The notes beneath the pieces are model-generated. The model ran no database searches. It had not been told where the DNA came from and worked only from the letters and a program-made list of their open reading frames with translations. The position numbers and the translations under genes are program-made. From positions 32,001 through 96,000 of IMG/VR virus record IMGVR_UViG_3300022689_000474: a stretch of DNA of 64,000 bases. One strand, written 5' to 3'. Below are positions 28,716-39,115 of the stretch, in pieces (position 1 is the stretch's first letter; the number at the start of each line of letters is the position of its first letter). This DNA comes from a virus.

Positions 28716-30794
28716 ATGAGTCAAATAGATAAAAGTAGTGAAGATTATAAAGCATTTCTTAGGGCTTTAGAGTTTACTGCAAAATGGGAAGGAGGCTTTT
28801 CTGATCATCCTGATGATGTGGGAGGACGTACTTATAAAGGTGTTACTCAAGGTTCTTGGGATAGTTTTGCTTCATCTAATAGTCAGTATTCCGCGAAAGA
28901 TGTTGCTAGTCTTACTGATGAAGAAGTGGCTGATTTCTATTATTTAACTAGATGGAAAGCAGTTGGTTTAGATGAATCAATTCCTTATCCTCTTAGTGTA
29001 GCTATCTTTGATACCGCTGTTAATTTTAATGAAAATACTGCTTGGGCCTTTATTAATGAAGCTATCAATCCTGATTCACCTAAACATAGTCTAACTAGAG
29101 ATGAACAAGAAAAAATTAAACAACAAGTTCTAGAAATGTTAAAGAATGGGGAAATTACTCCTGAAGAATTAACTAAAAAACAACTTGATAGAAGGTTAAC
29201 TCAACATCACCAAACTGCTAGTAAACATGGTGACCAGCAGTCTTTTATACAGGGATGGGAAAATAGAGTAAATGATTTAGCTAATTTAGCTGGATATAAT
29301 GGAGCTGATGTTGGAGAGCCTATGGAGTATGATACCGATACACCTACTTCAGGTTCGACCCCCCCTACTTCAGGTTCGACCCCCTCAGCCTCTTCTCCTG
29401 ATAACACCTCTGAGACGGGACCTGCTATTTCAGCAACTGGTTCATCAGGAACCTCTGGTAGTATGGTTTCAGACGGTATATATATGATTAAAGCTACCTT
29501 TGAAAGGTTTCCTCTTATAGAAAGTATGAGACATAGAAAGATATTTGGAGGTTATAAACTTAAAGCTTCTCAAATGATAGGTGTAGGAGCTACAGATAAA
29601 GTAGGTGGACCTGGTGTCGGTAATACTAAATCTACTCAAGAAGATTCTAATAATTCCTCAGATGATAGTAATGTTGAATTTGATTATGGAGGTGTATGGG
29701 GAGATCCTTTACCTGCTAGTGATTCTATCCTTACATCAGGATATCAACAAGATAGAGGTGGTAGGCCCCATCCAGGTGTTGATATAGCTTCTTGGACTGA
29801 TGCTGATGTAGTGGCTTCTGCTGATGGTGTAGTGTCAGACATTTCTTTAGGACATAGCGGGGGTTTTGGTAATCTAGTAGTACTCACTCATAGTGTTGGA
29901 GATCAAACTATATATACTCAATATAATCATATGGCGGATGGTTCTATCGTTGTTAGTAAAGGAGATAAAGTTACTAAAGGACAAAAGTTAGGTAAACAAG
30001 GTGCTACGGGTGTAAGTAGAGGAGCTCATCTTCACTTTGAATTAAGGAATACCTTTAGTGATTCTAGGGCTAATTTCTTATCTACTCATTATGATCCCTC
30101 TTGTGTTATAGAAAGATGGAAGAGTCATTGTTCTTATAATCAACCCAATGGTTCTACAATGATGCCTCCTAATCCTCCTGCTAAAGAACCTTCTAATAGT
30201 GGTGAAGCAGCTTCTAATGGAGGGTCAGGTGATTCGGGGAGTACAAATGGTGAAAGTGGAAGTGAGGCCGGAGTCTCTCCTGATACTTCTGAAGAGGAGG
30301 GTACTTCAAGACAAACTTTATATGGACATAAGAAATATGATGAAGCTCCTGCTTCTGATTTAGTAGATGTGGCAGGTATGCAATTAAGAACTCAAGCTGC
30401 AGATTCTTTTAGAGAGATGGTAGATGCAGCATCTGCTGAAGGTATTAATCTTGTAGGAGTTTCTGGTTTTAGATCTATAGCAGATCAAGATTATTTATTC
30501 CATGAAATAGCTAAACAAAGGGGTCAAACTCTTGAAGAGAGAGCTAAAGTAAGTGCACCTCCAGGATATAGTGAACATCATACTGGTCTTACAGTAGATT
30601 TTGGAGATGGTAATAATCCTGATACACATGTTGAACCCTCATTTGAGAATACTGCTGCTTATAGATGGTTAGCTGAGAATGGGCCTAGATATGGTTGGGA
30701 AATGAGTTTTCAGAAAGGAGATCCTAATGTAAGTTATGAACCATGGCATTGGAGATATATAGGGTCAGCCGAAGCTCAAAGTATTTTTAGATAG
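28716..30794 (+). CDS. three-catalytic-domain peptidoglycan hydrolase (GH108 + M23 + M15B/VanY)
   Basis: WEGGFSDHPDDVGGRTYKGVTQ...FDTAVN...FIQGWENRV (GH108 + PG-binding); HPGVDIA...YNHM...HLHFE (M23); SGFRS...SAPPGYSEHHTGLTVDF...YEPWHWRY (M15B). Confidence 0.92.
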   Translation: MSQIDKSSEDYKAFLRALEFTAKWEGGFSDHPDDVGGRTYKGVTQGSWDSFASSNSQYSAKDVASLTDEEVADFYYLTRWKAVGLDESIPYPLSVAIFDTAVNFNENTAWAFINEAINPDSPKHSLTRDEQEKIKQQVLEMLKNGEITPEELTKKQLDRRLTQHHQTASKHGDQQSFIQGWENRVNDLANLAGYNGADVGEPMEYDTDTPTSGSTPPTSGSTPSASSPDNTSETGPAISATGSSGTSGSMVSDGIYMIKATFERFPLIESMRHRKIFGGYKLKASQMIGVGATDKVGGPGVGNTKSTQEDSNNSSDDSNVEFDYGGVWGDPLPASDSILTSGYQQDRGGRPHPGVDIASWTDADVVASADGVVSDISLGHSGGFGNLVVLTHSVGDQTIYTQYNHMADGSIVVSKGDKVTKGQKLGKQGATGVSRGAHLHFELRNTFSDSRANFLSTHYDPSCVIERWKSHCSYNQPNGSTMMPPNPPAKEPSNSGEAASNGGSGDSGSTNGESGSEAGVSPDTSEEEGTSRQTLYGHKKYDEAPASDLVDVAGMQLRTQAADSFREMVDAASAEGINLVGVSGFRSIADQDYLFHEIAKQRGQTLEERAKVSAPPGYSEHHTGLTVDFGDGNNPDTHVEPSFENTAAYRWLAENGPRYGWEMSFQKGDPNVSYEPWHWRYIGSAEAQSIFR
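29343..29384 (+). repeat. 21-bp perfect tandem duplication in the GH108-M23 linker
   Basis: CCTACTTCAGGTTCGACCCCC x2 (PTSGSTP x2), creating a C7 run at 29359-29365. Confidence 0.9.
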
Positions 30795-30827
30795 ATAAAT
30801 TTAAGTTGTATAGGTAAAGGTATATAT

Positions 30828-31550
30828 ATGAAACCATCGTATTTAGTATTAGATAATAGAATGGATAGATCTCCCTGGCTTAATTTAGGAGAAATATTAT
30901 CAAGTTATACTAACTCTCCACATTTATTTCAATTGTTTAAGTTTTTATATACTTATTCTATGAGAGTTGAAGATAAAGAGAAAAAAGAGGGGAGAGTATT
31001 TGTAGACTATAGATCATTAGCTTCTTGTTTAGTGTTGTATCCAATTTCATATAGAGTTTTATTGGCCACTTTACTTTATAGGGCTGAATATAAACAATAC
31101 CAGATTTATATGACTTATACTCATTTGAAAGATAGATTATCTTATGTACCATGGTATCCACTATATTTGGTAGATCTAACTTGTAAAATAAGAGGAGAAG
31201 CATTAAATCATAGGTTTATAAATATGTTAAGTATGGAAGATGATAATTCTTTAGATATATCCTTTTTACTTCATACATTAAGGATTAAAGATGATATTAA
31301 AAAATATTTAATACCAGAGGTTTTAGACGTTAATTCTTTCTCTTTTCATATGAAACAATTAAGTACTGTATTACCCTTATTTTCAGTTATAGATGAAGAT
31401 GATTTCTTTAAATTATTAAATAAAAATGATAGATCTTTAGCTACTAAGATGTTGATTGAAAGTCTTAATCTTTCCCCTTCTTTGTATACTAAATTAATTA
31501 CCTTTAATAGAAAGGTCTTGAAAAGAGTTTATGTTAATAATATCTATTAG
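30828..31550 (+). CDS. hypothetical protein
   Basis: 240-aa ORF with AGGT SD; no motif. Confidence 0.7.
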   Translation: MKPSYLVLDNRMDRSPWLNLGEILSSYTNSPHLFQLFKFLYTYSMRVEDKEKKEGRVFVDYRSLASCLVLYPISYRVLLATLLYRAEYKQYQIYMTYTHLKDRLSYVPWYPLYLVDLTCKIRGEALNHRFINMLSMEDDNSLDISFLLHTLRIKDDIKKYLIPEVLDVNSFSFHMKQLSTVLPLFSVIDEDDFFKLLNKNDRSLATKMLIESLNLSPSLYTKLITFNRKVLKRVYVNNIY

Positions 31551-31559
31551 GTTACAATA

Positions 31560-32909
31560 ATGAGTTTCGATGAATATAAAGTAGTTAATACAGAATATGT
31601 TCCCAGACCTGATCTTAATAATATTACGCTTTCTCCTTCTTTAAAACAAGCACATATACAATCTCTATTATTTAACTCATATAATACTTTAGTTAGAACT
31701 GAGTCCTTAATAAAGAATATAAAAAAGGGTCTTAAATCTACTCCTATTTCTCTTAAATACTTTTCAGGTTTGATAGAATCTATATTAATAAAATTATTGA
31801 CTTCTAGTACTATTACTAATAAAGATGCAACATTCTTATCTCCTCACTATTATAAGTATCAAGAAAGAGTTGCTAGAAAAGATGTCCCATATGACGTCTC
31901 TAAAGTTATTACTTATGGTTATTCTTATATATGGGGTGGTATGTATGGAACTCCATTATATTATAACTATTTATCTAAAAATTTAGACCATTATCAGAAT
32001 CCAGCTAACCTTGCTCATATTGTATATTCTTATTTCTTTAAAAAGATAAGACAAAATTCTATAGATAATTTATATTTACCAGAACTATCTAACCTTATAG
32101 ATGACCTCTTCCTAAATGGTATAAATAATATGGAATTGGTAGGAGATAACTTGATTTACTTCTTTCATAAGAATTTTCTTTACTCTTTTCCTAAATATAC
32201 TGCTATGATAGATTGTATCTCTTCAGTTATGCAGATAAAAGATTTATTAGATTATTCTTGGGGTACATATCAAGATAGTAAGATTATTAAAGAATTATAT
32301 CTCCATATGGTTAATCAAGGTCTTAACACTACTAAAAAGCCTTATAATGATATCCCTCATCTAAATCTATCTCAATCTGATGTAAAAGCTATTATGAACT
32401 CTTCTGGTATGTTAGAGGTAATAAGGATTAATAATGATTTACCTCAGATAAATGATATTCTATCTTCTAATAAGATAACTTCTTATAAACCTTTATCTTA
32501 TCTATCTATATTTCATTCTCTTATGCTCAATATAATCCCTGGACCTGGAGGTTATAATGAAGTCTTAGTTATGTTAGCTTTAATATTATTAGTTCGAGCT
32601 TTTTGTTTATGTCATGTGGAGAATAATGGTGCATTAGGAGATATACCTTTTAGTAAACTAAATAAGTTTGATTCATTTAATATCTCTAATAATTCATCTC
32701 TCAGTCCTAGTATAGGAAGTTTATCTAGTCATATCGAGAATAGAAATAAAGTAGAAGAAATATTATATAGAAGTAATAGATTAATCTATTTATCTGGGGT
32801 TTTATTAAGAAAAACTAATTTGTATGACCTTAATATTCTAGGTAATAATATATCTTCTATTAGTGGTTATACAGATAAAAGTCCAATTAAATTAGATATA
32901 AATACTTAA
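31560..32909 (+). CDS. hypothetical protein
   Basis: 449-aa helical-looking ORF with AGGT SD; no motif. Confidence 0.7.
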   Translation: MSFDEYKVVNTEYVPRPDLNNITLSPSLKQAHIQSLLFNSYNTLVRTESLIKNIKKGLKSTPISLKYFSGLIESILIKLLTSSTITNKDATFLSPHYYKYQERVARKDVPYDVSKVITYGYSYIWGGMYGTPLYYNYLSKNLDHYQNPANLAHIVYSYFFKKIRQNSIDNLYLPELSNLIDDLFLNGINNMELVGDNLIYFFHKNFLYSFPKYTAMIDCISSVMQIKDLLDYSWGTYQDSKIIKELYLHMVNQGLNTTKKPYNDIPHLNLSQSDVKAIMNSSGMLEVIRINNDLPQINDILSSNKITSYKPLSYLSIFHSLMLNIIPGPGGYNEVLVMLALILLVRAFCLCHVENNGALGDIPFSKLNKFDSFNISNNSSLSPSIGSLSSHIENRNKVEEILYRSNRLIYLSGVLLRKTNLYDLNILGNNISSISGYTDKSPIKLDINT

Positions 32910-32913
32910 TAAT

Positions 32914-35900
32914 ATGCCAAACTTAACATCTCAATCAGTACCTTTCTCTTTATCTGCAGAAGAGGTATATGATCAATTAAGTATATTAGAAGAGGGATAT
33001 AACTTAAATGATCTTGTAAATAGTAATATAAATGAACTTACATTAGATAATGTCGCTGAATTAGGAATTACTTCAGCAGATTATAATATACCACTTAATC
33101 CTCCTAGTCCTCCTACTAATGAAGAAGTATCTGAACAAACTAATACTACATCAAGTACTGAAGAAACTGGAAATATATCAGTAGGTCCCTATGAAAATAT
33201 AGATGGTTTAGAAGTAGCTAATAATGTTACATTACAAGATTACGATACTTCTAAAGTTGATAAGTTTGAAGAGTTATTATCAGAAGATGCTAATTTAACT
33301 ACAAGTAAAGCTAGTGATGCTTTTAGTGATCTTGTAGAAAATCCTAAAGGAGAAGATAATGAAGGGTCGGGAGAAAAATCTAATGAGACCGGTGATGGTG
33401 ATAAGAACGATGGTAGTGCTTCTAACCTTACTAATTCTGATGAAGATAATGATCTTATAGCAGGAAAGGTTATGGCTGAAGCTAGAGCTGCTGTTAAAGG
33501 TTCAATAGTTCAAGAGGATGCAGTAAACCTTAGTATGAAAGCTAAGAAAACTACTAAAGAAACTAAAGAAAGTCTAGATGCTGCTCAACAAGGAAGTACT
33601 ACAGAAAGAAATGGAAAAGTAACTGAAGGGTCTGAAGAAGTTTTAAAGACTGCTAATCAAACTATAAGTAAAGCTATAGATGAATTAGTAGAATCAAAAG
33701 CTACTAATTCAGGTATAAGATTCTCGGCTAATGATGCGATAAGTTTTAGTACTCATAAAGGTATAAATTTATCTACATCAGGAGCTATTACGAATATAGC
33801 TGCACAAAAGAATGACTATTCCAATGTTTTGTATACTTCTACTGAATATTCATATACTGAGAGTAATCTATCTAATACTGATACAAATATAAAGGTCGAT
33901 AATAGTAAGAATAGTATTTCTCGTAATGTTAATTCCTTAGAATATTCTAGAAATAGAGAAATAAATACTGAAGTTACTTCTTTAAATGCTACAGAAGCTT
34001 TACAAACTGCATCTAAAGAAAGAGTTGAAGTATTTGAAAATGCACAAACACAAGGAGGTACATATAAACTTTCTGTAGAGAAGAATCAAATAAATAATAT
34101 AGGTGAATCTCTTATTGTAAGTGTAGGTTCTGAAGTTCCTAATAAAACAGAATCTCCAGCTTTTAATCCTTTATCAGTAATATCAGATGTGGCTTCTGGA
34201 AAAGGAGGTTATCTATTATCAATAACACCTGATACATATGATTTACAACAGGAAGGAGCTATAAATATACATTCTAGTCAGAATCAAACATATGTTGCTG
34301 ATTCTATAACTGATATATCAGATAAAAATAGAGTATCTCTTAGTAAACAAAATATAATCTCTTATACACCAGGTAATGAATTTAGAGTATCAAATAATAT
34401 GACTACCGCAACATTACTTGGTGGTGGTACATCTATTTTAGGTAGATTTTCTTTTATGGGAGGTCTATTTGGAATGATAAGTAATGTTGCAGAAATAGCT
34501 TCTAATATATTACCTGGTCTGTCTCTACCCTCTGATTTACCTATGCCTCCTATAGGAGAAAGACCTAATGCAGGACTCAAAGTAGATATAGATGCTTGTA
34601 TTCCAAGTAAATATAAAGATTATATATCTGGTACTAGCCCCGAAGGTAGTTCGGAGGATTTAAATTCTGATATATCTAATGATATATCTTCAGATTATTC
34701 TTTTTCTGATTCACCAATTTTAGATGATCTTACTAATACAGGTAATTTAGATCAAACTTTAGATAATACTTATTCTATACAACCCCCTTCTGATTTGGGT
34801 GAAACTTTTAATGCAGGACCTATAGGTGATATTACTCTAATAGAAAATGAAGGTACTGAAGTAGATGGAGTACAAGATGAAAATGCTGGAGATATTATCA
34901 GTGGTACAGAAGTAGATGATCTAGATGGATCTTCTCAGACTTTAGATGACCCCATACCTTCAGAGGATGAATTAGTAGAAAGTTTAGATGAGAAGAAACC
35001 TACTTCTAAAGAATGGACATCTGGTAGAGGGGTTGAGACATCTCAAGGTTTCTCTGCAGATAGTAAAACTAAGAACCAAGAACAACCGGATGCTTCTACT
35101 CAAAAGAAATCAAAAACAGGATCATCTTTAAGTAGTACAGATAATAAATCAAGTTCAAAAGGAGTATCAAGAGAGAAAAGGATGAAAGTATGGTTTGCTC
35201 CTCATACCTACTTTGATCTATTTGAAGAAGATGACTTTGAATATAATAATGCCCCACCGTATCAAGGTGATCCTATGGATGTAGGTAAGACAGATGTAAA
35301 GGTTGAAGAGGGTAATACTCCGGAGTTAAATAAAATAGCAAAGAAATCTATAGAAGATAGTATAGAGTCTTCTAATTTAGAAGAATCTTCTAAAGAGAAA
35401 TTATTAAGTAATACTTCTAATGTATTAAATGCTTTGTCTTCTCTAAATATAACTAATTCTGAAGAAATATCTAGAGATATTGTTATAGGAACTTTAAGTA
35501 CTTTAAATTTAAATTTAGATGAGAATGAAAAAGACATTTTATACCATTCTTATTTAGAATTAAATGGTAATATAGCTTTATCCATTGGTATATTTGGTAC
35601 TATAATGCCATTAATACAAGATGCTGCTAATGTAGCTTCAAATGTATTTTCTCAAGTCTCTTCTATAAGTAGTATGGTAGGTATAGATATAGAAGGAGGA
35701 TTCGCAGATTCTGTTATGAGCGTTATAGATCAAATTAAAGGAGGTCTTAATGTAAGTTCTGTGGCATCTTTATTAGATAGTTCTGGAGAGTTAAGTAAGT
35801 TTATTCCTGTAGGTCAAAGTATTATAGCTATGCTTAATAATCCTGAAGGTAAAGTAGATATAAAAGATACTATTATTAACACTTTATTACCACAAGTAGA

Positions 35901-37659
35901 ATCTTTAGTACAACCAATATTAGGAGGTTATGATTCTATAAGTATTAGTAATATAACTACATCTATTAGTAATCTTCTTAGTGATGGTGCTTTAGATGGT
36001 ATGGGACCTGAAGAGATATTATTAAGAGCTCAAGGATTATTAAGTCAATCAAATATTTTACCTGATGAAGTAAATACTTTAATGCAATCAATAGGTCCTC
36101 TACTTACCTCTTTTTCTGAAGGGGGGAGTATAAATAGTTTGATAGGAGGTGATTTAATATCTCAAATAACTTCTAGTTTAGGTATAGATATGTCTCCAGT
36201 AAGTAATGTAATAGGTAATCTTGAGGGAATAGTGGGTAGTGTCAATGCTTTATTAACTATTCCATCTATCCTAGATGCTATGAATGATTATGATATACCT
36301 TTACTAACTCAGATAAGTTCTGCTATTGAATGTGTTGATCTATTCTCTCGTATCAAAGATATTATTGGTATAGTTAAAGACCCTTTAAATTATCAATCTC
36401 AATTCTCTAATCCAGGAGCTTTACAATCTTTGGGTTTACCTATTGATTCTTCTATGACTAGTATTCAAGGTTTAATGACGGGTCTCCTGGGTGATGATAT
36501 TTTAACTGGTCAAAGTTCAGGTATTATTTCTAGTACTTTAGGAGTTATATCAACATTAAGAAGTTCTTTAGGTAGCTTTTCTTTAGCAGGATTAGGAGAT
36601 GACACTTATTCAAATAATTCCTCTTCTGAAGGATCAGAGTATGATAGTTCTTCAGAGGAATCAGTAGATATAAATGGAATAAGTAATAGTTCGGATGAAT
36701 TATCCCAGACACTTAATAATGAAATGTTAGGAACACAGACTATAGCATCAGGTAGTTCAAATTCATATAATTTAATAAATGAATATGTAACAGATCAAAG
36801 TAATAATATAATTCCTGGATTTTACTCTGAACCTCGTATTAGATCGATAGATACAATTGAAGGAGAAACTTTAGAAGGTTATTTCTCTGTAGATGAATTA
36901 GGTAATGTAGCAGTAAGATCTCAAGGAAAACATGATTGTGAGGATCTTATAAGTAGAATATATAATACTAATCAGATAGTAGCAATAGAAGAGAATTTAG
37001 ATTTAGATAATGTAGAGTTTGGAACGTATGTTCCTCTTGATGAGAATAATCCTTTAAACCCTGATTATAATTTAGATGGTCTAATTTCATATAATGATTT
37101 AATGAATGATCCAAATTACAGAATATTCTTTGAAGATCCAGAACTTGGGGAATTTGAGATAAAAGATTCAAGCATATATCTAAATGATATAGGAGTATCT
37201 GATATAAATGGTAATCCATTGGGCTTTTGGACTTCAGGAGTTAATAATGATAATGGAGGTTTAGATATAATAAGAAATTCTGTTTATGATAATGTGAATA
37301 GAATATATGATGAAGATAATAATCTTTTAGGTGTCTCTACTAATAATAATAATATTAATTTAGAGACATTTGATCCAAACGGTTTAGTTTCTACTATTAA
37401 TTATACTTGTGAAGGTAGATTTAGTGATTTTATTAATAGTTTTAAAAGATTAGATAAATTTAATAGATTTATCATATTAAATGAAGATAATATATTTGAA
37501 GTACTTCCTTATGGTAGTATTAACTATAATAACACTGATAAGATATCTTATTCTTATTCTAGTAAAGTAGAAAGGTTTGATATTAATACTATTAAAGAAA
37601 TCTCAGTAATGATTGATAATAGACTTTTATTACAGTGGTCCCAAGATGAAAGATTTTAA
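32914..37659 (+). CDS. large acidic virion protein with a gp5-C-like beta-helix segment and amphipathic helical region
   Basis: 1581 aa; about 8-residue strand periodicity (GIRFSANDAISFSTHKGINLSTSGAITNIA...KLSVEKNQINNIGESLIVSVG); later G/S/I/L-rich amphipathic helices. Confidence 0.55.
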   Translation: MPNLTSQSVPFSLSAEEVYDQLSILEEGYNLNDLVNSNINELTLDNVAELGITSADYNIPLNPPSPPTNEEVSEQTNTTSSTEETGNISVGPYENIDGLEVANNVTLQDYDTSKVDKFEELLSEDANLTTSKASDAFSDLVENPKGEDNEGSGEKSNETGDGDKNDGSASNLTNSDEDNDLIAGKVMAEARAAVKGSIVQEDAVNLSMKAKKTTKETKESLDAAQQGSTTERNGKVTEGSEEVLKTANQTISKAIDELVESKATNSGIRFSANDAISFSTHKGINLSTSGAITNIAAQKNDYSNVLYTSTEYSYTESNLSNTDTNIKVDNSKNSISRNVNSLEYSRNREINTEVTSLNATEALQTASKERVEVFENAQTQGGTYKLSVEKNQINNIGESLIVSVGSEVPNKTESPAFNPLSVISDVASGKGGYLLSITPDTYDLQQEGAINIHSSQNQTYVADSITDISDKNRVSLSKQNIISYTPGNEFRVSNNMTTATLLGGGTSILGRFSFMGGLFGMISNVAEIASNILPGLSLPSDLPMPPIGERPNAGLKVDIDACIPSKYKDYISGTSPEGSSEDLNSDISNDISSDYSFSDSPILDDLTNTGNLDQTLDNTYSIQPPSDLGETFNAGPIGDITLIENEGTEVDGVQDENAGDIISGTEVDDLDGSSQTLDDPIPSEDELVESLDEKKPTSKEWTSGRGVETSQGFSADSKTKNQEQPDASTQKKSKTGSSLSSTDNKSSSKGVSREKRMKVWFAPHTYFDLFEEDDFEYNNAPPYQGDPMDVGKTDVKVEEGNTPELNKIAKKSIEDSIESSNLEESSKEKLLSNTSNVLNALSSLNITNSEEISRDIVIGTLSTLNLNLDENEKDILYHSYLELNGNIALSIGIFGTIMPLIQDAANVASNVFSQVSSISSMVGIDIEGGFADSVMSVIDQIKGGLNVSSVASLLDSSGELSKFIPVGQSIIAMLNNPEGKVDIKDTIINTLLPQVESLVQPILGGYDSISISNITTSISNLLSDGALDGMGPEEILLRAQGLLSQSNILPDEVNTLMQSIGPLLTSFSEGGSINSLIGGDLISQITSSLGIDMSPVSNVIGNLEGIVGSVNALLTIPSILDAMNDYDIPLLTQISSAIECVDLFSRIKDIIGIVKDPLNYQSQFSNPGALQSLGLPIDSSMTSIQGLMTGLLGDDILTGQSSGIISSTLGVISTLRSSLGSFSLAGLGDDTYSNNSSSEGSEYDSSSEESVDINGISNSSDELSQTLNNEMLGTQTIASGSSNSYNLINEYVTDQSNNIIPGFYSEPRIRSIDTIEGETLEGYFSVDELGNVAVRSQGKHDCEDLISRIYNTNQIVAIEENLDLDNVEFGTYVPLDENNPLNPDYNLDGLISYNDLMNDPNYRIFFEDPELGEFEIKDSSIYLNDIGVSDINGNPLGFWTSGVNNDNGGLDIIRNSVYDNVNRIYDEDNNLLGVSTNNNNINLETFDPNGLVSTINYTCEGRFSDFINSFKRLDKFNRFIILNEDNIFEVLPYGSINYNNTDKISYSYSSKVERFDINTIKEISVMIDNRLLLQWSQDERF

Positions 37660-38251
37660 TAAAGATTTAAATATATCTTCTGCAGAATTTCTAGATACAT
37701 TACCTAGATTATTACAATTACATAATACATTAAAGAAGACCCCCGATTTCTTATTAAATAATATGGATAATTCTTCTTTATTAAAAGTATTTAAAAGAAT
37801 AAGTTTACCACCTAATAAATATAAAGGTTGTGGGGGTTTACCTAAATTATCTATTGAGGATGCTCAAATAATTATAGATATAATCTATCCTCAAGATAAT
37901 ATGATTCAATTTACCTTACCTTCTTCTATTAATAAAAACCCTAAAAATACTAAATTATCTGAATTACCTGGTAGAGGTAATACTATAAGAACTGTAGTAG
38001 ATTTTTATACAATGAGAAGAGATAATATGGTATTGAAATGTTATAAAGGTGCATCTCAATATTGTTCTTCTAATTTAGATTTTCTTATTATGGATTTAGA
38101 TCATAATATAGGTACCGGGACGGCATTAGTAAGTCCTTATCAAAGAAATTTATTATTAGAAGATAGTAATGGAATAAAATATGAAATTCTTATAAAAGAA
38201 TTATTAAGTAAATTAAAACCATTCTTTAAAGAATCATATCTATTAATGTAA
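37613..38251 (+). CDS. hypothetical protein
   Basis: ORF in the baseplate run; start more likely the downstream MKDFNK ATG overlapping the previous stop. Confidence 0.65.
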   Translation: MIIDFYYSGPKMKDFNKDLNISSAEFLDTLPRLLQLHNTLKKTPDFLLNNMDNSSLLKVFKRISLPPNKYKGCGGLPKLSIEDAQIIIDIIYPQDNMIQFTLPSSINKNPKNTKLSELPGRGNTIRTVVDFYTMRRDNMVLKCYKGASQYCSSNLDFLIMDLDHNIGTGTALVSPYQRNLLLEDSNGIKYEILIKELLSKLKPFFKESYLLM

Positions 38252-38267
38252 ATATGAGGTTATTTAA

Positions 38268-38660
38268 ATGTTAAAGATCCCGAGTACCCCTATAAAGAAA
38301 AGGGGTATATTTTTATATGTAAAGGTAAATAATATGCCTAAGAATATAAGAGTACCAATAAATATATTAATAGAGTACTCTAAACAGAACTTTAGGGCAA
38401 TGAAGAAAAGTTGTGATGATAAAGTAGTAAAGATATTAGATGAAACTATAGATCATAATGGTAAAGGTTTTACTTATAATCATGAGATGAATGTTGATCT
38501 TGATAAAGGTTATTACTTTATAGGATTATCTATAAATAAATTCTTCACGGGTGAAGATACAAACAGTATGATTATATCTTTACATAGATCTAGTCCCCGT
38601 TTAGTAATAGGTTATCCTTATTCCATATATGAAAATTTAGAGATAAGTTATAGTTTATGA
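38268..38660 (+). CDS. hypothetical protein
   Basis: 130 aa, GAGGT SD. Confidence 0.65.
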   Translation: MLKIPSTPIKKRGIFLYVKVNNMPKNIRVPINILIEYSKQNFRAMKKSCDDKVVKILDETIDHNGKGFTYNHEMNVDLDKGYYFIGLSINKFFTGEDTNSMIISLHRSSPRLVIGYPYSIYENLEISYSL

Positions 38661-39115
38661 TAGATCTAAAGTTAGAGAATGGTGATATTCAGTTCTCAGA
38701 TACTAATTACAGAGATTCTATATATATTCCCGGTTCTACTTCTGAGACGTATAATGATTTAATAACTGAGAGTGGAGTTGAAGTGGCCGATAAATTATTT
38801 AAAAGATTGATAATAACTCCTCTTGGTCATATCACCTTAAGAGTATTACATGATATAGGGACAGCCAATATAGATTTCAATATAGGTAATGGAATATATC
38901 AAGAGTTATCCCAACCATTAAATATAAATCTAGTCAATAAAGCTTATAAACATATAAGTCACGCTATTAAATTTAAACCTAGAGGAGTCAAAGTTTTATC
39001 TATAGATGTATTAGTACCTTCATTTGAGACAGTACATATATATATATACTATTCTATAAATAAAAAGAAGTATACATATAATAAAACTATGACTTTAACA
39101 GATTATGAAACTTAG
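38657..39115 (+). CDS. baseplate wedge subunit (gp25/gpW/Mu gp46-like)
   Basis: MIDLKLENGDI...KRLIITPLG...IGNGIYQELSQP...HAIKFKPRGVKVLSIDV; directly before baseplate J. Confidence 0.75.
   Translation: MIDLKLENGDIQFSDTNYRDSIYIPGSTSETYNDLITESGVEVADKLFKRLIITPLGHITLRVLHDIGTANIDFNIGNGIYQELSQPLNINLVNKAYKHISHAIKFKPRGVKVLSIDVLVPSFETVHIYIYYSINKKKYTYNKTMTLTDYET

Noticed and set aside
32914-37659. Firm call as tape measure protein
   Set aside because: It is strongly acidic with beta-repeat and low-complexity parts, lacks recognisable tape-measure motifs and is not next to the chaperone genes; left as a possibility only.
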